A stretch of 64,000 nt of DNA from Terriglobia bacterium (GTDB lineage: Bacteria > Acidobacteriota > Terriglobia > Versatilivoradales > Versatilivoraceae): assembly GCA_046331665.1 (NCBI GenBank), contig JAXLQK010000019.1, forward strand, positions 20,692 to 84,691. The letters are read 5' to 3'. The notes under the pieces are model-generated. The model was not told the origin of the DNA, searched no databases, and was given only the letters and a program-made list of their open reading frames with translations. Numbering within the stretch: position 1 is the stretch's first letter; every line of letters begins with the position of its first letter. A program made the translations under genes and the position numbers. Positions 58,869-64,000 of this stretch are shown here, in pieces.

Positions 58869-59726
58869 TTAAAGAAGCTTGTCGATTCCCAGAGCCACCA
58901 ACAATAGCAGGCTGATATAACCGTTCACCGTGAAAAACGCGGCATTGACGCGGGATAAATCATCCGGTCGAACCAGACGATGTTCGTACACCAACAGCGC
59001 CGCAACGATCCCAATCCCCAACAAGCTAATCCAGCCGAGAGCTTCCAGATGGAGGAGAAACAAGAGGAGCAGCAGCATGAAAGCGTGAAGACCGGTTGAG
59101 ATCGACAAGGCGGCTTTTACTCCGAAACGCTTTGGCACCGAATACAAATTACGTCCACGATCAAATTCCGTATCCTGACAGGCATAAATAATATCGAATC
59201 CTGCCGTCCACAAAGTCACAATCAGGCAGAGCAACAAGGGTGTCAGACTGATCTCTCCTCGAATGGCAATCCAGGCCCCCATGGGAGCCATTCCCAGACA
59301 AAAACCAAGGACAAGATGGGAGTAGTTGGTAAATCGTTTTGTATAGGAATAAAAGAAAAGGATCAAAAGAACCGGGACCGACAGCCAAAAACACAAACGG
59401 TTAAGCCGGGAAGCAGCCAGCATAAAAAGGAGGCTCATTGCAACCGTGAAGGCAATGGCAAAGGCCCTGCTTAGTAAGCCGGCCGGTAGGGCGCGGTTTC
59501 GGGTTCTGGGATTGGCTGCATCAATTTTCCAATCTGCAATTCGATTGAAAGTCATGGCTGCACTGCGCGCCCCCACCATGGCCATCACAATCCATCCCAA
59601 TTTGGGAAAGGGCGGTAAGCCGTTTGCAGCCAGAATGGCGCTAAGCAGTGCGAACGGCAACGCAAAAAGCGTGTGCTCAAACTTAATCATCTCCAGCGTA
59701 GTCTTGAGAGGATTGAAGAAGAACAT
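58869..59726 (-). CDS. ubiA: UbiA-family aromatic prenyltransferase (4-hydroxybenzoate polyprenyltransferase-like)
   Basis: Eight or nine TM helices. Asp-rich motif [21 protein letters not shown]. Confidence 0.75.
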   Translation of the reverse strand: MFFFNPLKTTLEMIKFEHTLFALPFALLSAILAANGLPPFPKLGWIVMAMVGARSAAMTFNRIADWKIDAANPRTRNRALPAGLLSRAFAIAFTVAMSLLFMLAASRLNRLCFWLSVPVLLILFFYSYTKRFTNYSHLVLGFCLGMAPMGAWIAIRGEISLTPLLLCLIVTLWTAGFDIIYACQDTEFDRGRNLYSVPKRFGVKAALSISTGLHAFMLLLLLFLLHLEALGWISLLGIGIVAALLVYEHRLVRPDDLSRVNAAFFTVNGYISLLLLVALGIDKLL

Positions 59727-59833
59727 AGGCTTTATTTGAGCTCCCTTGAGCCAGCCCGCTTACCTGATGCCGGCCACCCAACGCACCATCCTATTCTTTC
59801 ACCATGACTGGCCCGTATGCGGCGCGGGTGAAA

Positions 59834-60442
59834 TCAATCAGCATTTCTTGCGCTTCCTTCCCAGCGGAACGCTTTTTTTGGATTCAATCCCAAGTGCTGC
59901 ATCACGCGATAAAGGAATTGATCCACCGCCTCTTCCAAGGCAGACGGGTGATGATAAAAAGAGGGTACGGCGGGAAACACAATCGCTCCGGCAAGAGTCA
60001 CCATTTTCATATTCTCAAGATGGATTAAATTCAACGGGGTGTCGCGCGTCACCAGCAATAGCTTCCGACGTTCCTTGAGCATCACGTCGGCTGCACGTTG
60101 AATCAAGTCTCGTGAAATGCCATGGGCGATACTTCCCAGTGTCCCCATACTGCACGGAATAATCACCATCGCGTCTACCGGATTTGACCCGCTGGCGATC
60201 CTGGCGCCAACATCGCTATTATTGAGCGGCACGATTTTCGAGTTGTTTCCCCCCGCGAGTTTTTCAGTCAAGGAATGGAGATTCCCTGGACCGATATTTA
60301 GTTCTTCCTGCAAAACCCGTGCTCCGGCCGAGGAAATAACCAGAAAGATCCGCCGGATCTCTGGTTCCTCCAAAAGCAGTTTCAGGAGACGTGACGCGTA
60401 GATCGCTCCGCTTGCGCCAGTGATTCCAATCGTGATTTCCAA
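59834..60442 (-). CDS. ubiX: Flavin prenyltransferase UbiX
   Basis: ITIGITGASGAIYASRLL at the N-terminus and overall UbiX/Pad1 similarity. Confidence 0.85.
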   Translation of the reverse strand: MEITIGITGASGAIYASRLLKLLLEEPEIRRIFLVISSAGARVLQEELNIGPGNLHSLTEKLAGGNNSKIVPLNNSDVGARIASGSNPVDAMVIIPCSMGTLGSIAHGISRDLIQRAADVMLKERRKLLLVTRDTPLNLIHLENMKMVTLAGAIVFPAVPSFYHHPSALEEAVDQFLYRVMQHLGLNPKKAFRWEGSARNAD

Positions 60443-60577
60443 GATTATTAATCCGCCTTTGCAGTTAGAAGGCTGCCCAAACCTTAGGATAATATACCAA
60501 AACGATGGGCCCCGACAGCTACCGCGTCAAAATGGCTGGACAAGAGCAGGCGATGAGGCAAGAATTGGGAGTTCATT

Positions 60578-61324
60578 ATGACCGAAAAGAATATCCGTCA
60601 AATTCTAATGGATGTCCAAAACGGACGATGTTCCGTTGATGAGGGAGTCACTCGTTTTCGGCACCTGCCATTTGAAGATGTGGGATTTGCCAGAATTGAC
60701 CATCATCGGGCACTTCGGCAAGGGTTCCCCGAGGTCATTTTTGGGCGGGGAAAGACCGTAGCTCAAATCAAAGGGATCGCCAAACGGATGCTCTCCAAGA
60801 AGCAGAATTTACTGATAACACGGACGGACAACACCGTGTTCCGTGAAATCAAAAAAATCGATCCCAAAGCCAAGTTCATCCCCGAAGCCGGAATCGTCTT
60901 CGTTCAACAGGATCGGACGGAATACGGGAAAGGGACAATTTTGGTCGCTTGTGCTGGAACGGCGGACATCCCGGTTGCGACGGAGGCCCAAGTCACGGCC
61001 AAAGCCATGGGCAACCGGGTCGAAACTCTCGTGGACGTGGGTGTGGCAGGCATCCACCGCTTGCTCAGTGAACGAGAACGACTGAGCAAAGCCCGGGTGA
61101 TCATTGTCGTCGCCGGAATGGAAGGCGCCCTGCCCAGCGTCGTGGGCGGACTGGTTTCCGTCCCCGTGATTGCCGTCCCGACCAGTGTGGGCTACGGAGC
61201 CAGTTTCCAAGGGGTTGCGGCGCTTTTGGGGATGCTCAACAGTTGCGCCTCGAATGTCACCGTGGTGAACATCGACAACGGCTTTGGGGCTGGATTCGTC
61301 GCCAGTCTGATTAATCGACTATAA
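60578..61324 (+). CDS. larB: LarB-like PurE-family protein (nickel-pincer cofactor biosynthesis carboxylase/hydrolase homologue)
   Basis: An N-terminal LarB-specific region followed by a PurE-like domain ([14 protein letters not shown]...[19 protein letters not shown]...[11 protein letters not shown]). Confidence 0.65.
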   Translation: MTEKNIRQILMDVQNGRCSVDEGVTRFRHLPFEDVGFARIDHHRALRQGFPEVIFGRGKTVAQIKGIAKRMLSKKQNLLITRTDNTVFREIKKIDPKAKFIPEAGIVFVQQDRTEYGKGTILVACAGTADIPVATEAQVTAKAMGNRVETLVDVGVAGIHRLLSERERLSKARVIIVVAGMEGALPSVVGGLVSVPVIAVPTSVGYGASFQGVAALLGMLNSCASNVTVVNIDNGFGAGFVASLINRL

Positions 61325-61406
61325 ACCGACTGCTCGATTCTGGGGATCCTTTCCCGCAAGCCTTGGCCAGAGCGCCCTGGCTCCCTATAAATCTTCCGTG
61401 CCGTCA

Positions 61407-63683
61407 TCACCGGGTTCTGTCCGTCTCGCAGATTTCCACCGCCTGCTGGATCAAAGTAGCTAATTGTTCGAGTGATTTGGCAACGTTCTCGACCTCCCGA
61501 TTGGCTTCTTCCCAATCGTGCTGTTCCACCGCTTCACGCACCCCGGGAACCGTTTTTACGTCGTACCCCGTATACTTTCCCGGCGCATAAAGCTGATGCC
61601 GATACCAGGGGTGCCCGGGAAGCCCTTCAGGACGCAGGAAAGCGCGTTCCGTCTCCAGGAGAATTTGATTGAGTCGATGGCACCTTTCGATAGTCATTCC
61701 GAGCGGGGAGATTTCAAGATTCTTGAGAGCGGACTGGTAGCCCTCGGCACTCTGCCGTAGCTTGCCCAGTGCATTCTGTAAAGGTGAGAAGTTGAGGTAT
61801 GGAACCTCCACCAAGGTTTTAGGAGGACGATATGTTTCCTCTGGTCCCAGGTAAATTTCCATGCTCCGATCTTTGATCAAGCGCTTCTTCTCTTCGTTGG
61901 CGTCTCGAATTGAATCTGTCAGTTTTACCAGCTCTTTAAGATAGGTCTCGACTCTTTCCGTAAGGACGGAAAATTCATAAGGGAGAACGTCGGCATTGGC
62001 CGCACGAAGAACAACTCGTCCCGCGGTTTTGGCCAGGGTAATCCCATAGTCAAATTGGGGGTCGATGAATCGGGTGTAATGGTCGAAAGAGTCGTAAGCG
62101 GAGTGGTAGGAGCCGCCAACGTTTTCTCCCATGAAGAGAAGATTTACCGAAGGAATCCCGAGGTGCTGGAGAAACGGAGTATAGTCTGACCCGGATCCGA
62201 GCGGATAGAGCGGCAAATTTTCCTTTTGACGAGCCTGTTGACGCATCTCCGCATCACCTTTGACGATCGAGTACGCTTTCGCACGTTCAAGAACGGAGAC
62301 CTTCTTCAGTGGATCTGCCACAGACGCAGCCGCCTGATTCACAAATTTTTCAAGGCTTGGCGACCCACCCATTGTCAAGAATCCGGCGCCATTGGAATCT
62401 GAATTCACATAAAGAATGGCTTTCCTTGTTAATTCCGCGGCATGCGCCTCTACCCATTCTGTCGATCCCAGCAGGCCTTCCTCTTCACCATCCCAAGCGC
62501 AATAGAGAATGGTTCGTTTGGGGCGCCACCCGGACTTGGTTAGACCAGCCACTGCGCGGGCTTCTTCCATCATCGCCACCAATCCGCTGATCGGATCCAT
62601 GGCCCCGAATACCCAGGCATCATGATGGTTGCCGCGAATCACCCACTCGTCTGGCCGATCTGATCCGTGCAGACGGGCGATCACATTAAGGGTCGGCACG
62701 GAATTCCATTGAAACTTCAGTTTGAGGTGGACCACAGCTGGGCCCGGCCCCACGTGGTAAGTGATGGGCAACGCCCCTCGCCAATCCTCTGGAGCAACTC
62801 GACCTTGCAATGCTCTAAGTAATGGGAGGGCGTCGCCATACGAAATGGGTAAGACGGGGATTTTCGTAATAGTTTTGGCCTCAGCGAGAGGAATTCGCGT
62901 AGCGGACGCAGTCGCCGCAATACCCGGAGTTAAGGGATCCCCAGGATAAAGGGGCATATCCAGCACGGAGCCGCGTTGGGCTCCCCACTCGTTTCTCCAG
63001 GGCCCTTTGGGATAGTCATCTCCCTGGAAATAGCCGTCGTCTCGCGGGTCCGAATAAATGATGCATCCAATCGCTCCCTGCTCCGCAGCCACTTTGGGTT
63101 TAATCCCCCGCCAGGCACCCCCGTAGCGGGTGATGACTATTTTCCCTTGGACATCAATTCCCCTCGACGCCAGATACTCGTAGTCTTTGGGAAGTCCGTA
63201 ATTGACATAAACAAGCTGACCTTTGACATCCCCATCAATCGAATACGCGTTAAATGGGGGCAGACGTTCTTCTGTCAGGCGCGATGTTTGATCCTGTTCC
63301 AAAGAGGGTTCATCCAGTTTCGCAACGAGATGCTCCGGCTCTATCAGTTCGAGCAAGCGCTGTTGAGGCACTGGGAAGAGGACCTCGAATTTCTCGATTT
63401 CCGTTTCATATCCCCATGACTGGAACTGGCTGGCTACGAATTCCGCAACCTCCCGGTCAAATCGCGATCCAAGATGGTGAGGGTTCGAGGTCAATCGTTT
63501 CATCCAGGGTCCAAGCTGGGTTGGGTCCAAAGCCGAATCGAATTCTTTTTCCAGGGAAAATTGGTGCTGGGAAGACTTCTGTTCAAAACCGAGGAGGCTT
63601 CCAGGAGCCTGCTCTGCCAATGACTTACCGAAAGCACTGAGCAAAAATACCCCCAGGAGAGATGTCATCAATCGGCTTGGCAT
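61407..63683 (-). CDS. Secreted M28-family peptidase of the glutamate-carboxypeptidase-II/transferrin-receptor-like type (PA domain, M28 domain, TFR dimerisation domain)
   Basis: A signal peptide. Zinc-ligand blocks (HHDAW..., DGEEEGLLGS, NSDSNG). The C-terminal helical domain resembles the TFR dimerisation domain. Confidence 0.8.
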   Translation of the reverse strand: MPSRLMTSLLGVFLLSAFGKSLAEQAPGSLLGFEQKSSQHQFSLEKEFDSALDPTQLGPWMKRLTSNPHHLGSRFDREVAEFVASQFQSWGYETEIEKFEVLFPVPQQRLLELIEPEHLVAKLDEPSLEQDQTSRLTEERLPPFNAYSIDGDVKGQLVYVNYGLPKDYEYLASRGIDVQGKIVITRYGGAWRGIKPKVAAEQGAIGCIIYSDPRDDGYFQGDDYPKGPWRNEWGAQRGSVLDMPLYPGDPLTPGIAATASATRIPLAEAKTITKIPVLPISYGDALPLLRALQGRVAPEDWRGALPITYHVGPGPAVVHLKLKFQWNSVPTLNVIARLHGSDRPDEWVIRGNHHDAWVFGAMDPISGLVAMMEEARAVAGLTKSGWRPKRTILYCAWDGEEEGLLGSTEWVEAHAAELTRKAILYVNSDSNGAGFLTMGGSPSLEKFVNQAAASVADPLKKVSVLERAKAYSIVKGDAEMRQQARQKENLPLYPLGSGSDYTPFLQHLGIPSVNLLFMGENVGGSYHSAYDSFDHYTRFIDPQFDYGITLAKTAGRVVLRAANADVLPYEFSVLTERVETYLKELVKLTDSIRDANEEKKRLIKDRSMEIYLGPEETYRPPKTLVEVPYLNFSPLQNALGKLRQSAEGYQSALKNLEISPLGMTIERCHRLNQILLETERAFLRPEGLPGHPWYRHQLYAPGKYTGYDVKTVPGVREAVEQHDWEEANREVENVAKSLEQLATLIQQAVEICETDRTR

Positions 63684-63861
63684 TCATACCTCCCATTCCA
63701 TTTCATTTCGCAATATGAAAAAATGTAAGGCTCGTGGGGCCTTTGATCGTTATAGACTGTTATCGGGGATTTCGTTCAAGCCGGTTCGATTCAGTGGCGC
63801 CAAACTGCCGGTTCCCTGGATCGCAAAGTAACCGGATCGCCGCCTCATACGGAAGAATCTT

Positions 63862-64000
63862 ATGTTGCATTATTGGAAGTACGAAAAAAATTCGCACAAC
63901 GACTGGGTGGTTTTCGTTCACGGCGCAGGAGGTAGTTCCTCCATCTGGTATAAACAGCTGAGAGAATTCCGGAAGCATTTTAACGTCTTGATGATTGATT
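63862..64000 (+). CDS. Alpha/beta-hydrolase (esterase/lipase-like), N-terminal fragment running off the window
   Basis: MLHYWKYEKNSHNDWVVFVHGAGGSSSIWYKQLREF is an HGxGG oxyanion-hole block. GGAAG lies 6 nt upstream. The ORF is open to the window end. Confidence 0.6.
   Translation, partial: MLHYWKYEKNSHNDWVVFVHGAGGSSSIWYKQLREFRKHFNVLMID

Noticed and set aside
1-64000. CRISPR arrays, tRNA or rRNA genes, IS elements, integrases
   Set aside because: None found. The IstB-like ATPase at 17996-18742 has no adjacent IstA transposase or terminal inverted repeats, so it is not called a mobile element.

Overview
The window is a 64 kb stretch of bacterial chromosome with about 54% GC, mostly housekeeping genes, and two probable gene lesions. 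The gene content suggests Acidobacteriota or a PVC-group (Planctomycetota/Verrucomicrobiota) genome, but this cannot be fixed from sequence alone. Supporting points are two PSCyt1/DUF1549/DUF1553 + DUF1501 gene pairs, a Ser/Thr kinase with a TolB_N-like domain and TPR repeats, and an hspR-type heat-shock operon.

About 52 protein genes are packed tightly. I found no rRNA, tRNA, CRISPR array, IS element or integrase.

Main blocks, in order:
- 1-4.7 kb: a GHL10-like hydrolase (truncated at the window edge), ynfA, a PilZ protein, a Tat-secreted enolase-superfamily enzyme, and a BON/glycine-zipper lipoprotein.
- 4.9-17.6 kb: two mirror-image copies of an uncharacterised two-gene module, a PSCyt1/DUF1549/DUF1553 heme-type protein plus a Tat-exported DUF1501 sulfatase-fold protein. 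They flank a Ser/Thr kinase, a TPR ORF and a sugar-phosphate isomerase. Copy 1 carries a LamG insertion and an in-frame TAA that splits it into two ORFs. The kinase and the TPR ORF look like one gene broken by a frameshift.
- 17.6-22.4 kb: a dnaK-dnaJ-hspR operon with no grpE, extended by a DnaC/IstB-like AAA+ ATPase and a PilZ protein. Upstream of dnaK is a near-consensus sigma70 promoter overlapped by inverted repeats.
- 22.6-30.9 kb: PBP1A, a GT4 glycosyltransferase and a Nudix hydrolase, then a tight lexA-dinB-cca-mutM operon.
- 31-38 kb, minus strand: mfd, a SurA-like PPIase, an S4/Hsp15-like protein, and a 604-aa proline-rich disordered TPR/zinc-ribbon protein.
- 38-44 kb: an ADP-heptose adenylyltransferase, an alpha/beta-hydrolase fused to a CPBP intramembrane protease, a geranylgeranyl reductase, an SDR, and a flippase-like membrane protein.
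- 44-64 kb: transaldolase, an FGGY kinase, rhomboid, pdhA-pdhB-E2-lpdA, Dus, gamma-glutamyltransferase, ubiA/ubiX, larB, and an M28/GCPII-like peptidase.

The most notable features are the duplicated PSCyt/DUF1501 modules with their two lesions, the non-canonical heat-shock operon, and the hydrolase-CPBP fusion.
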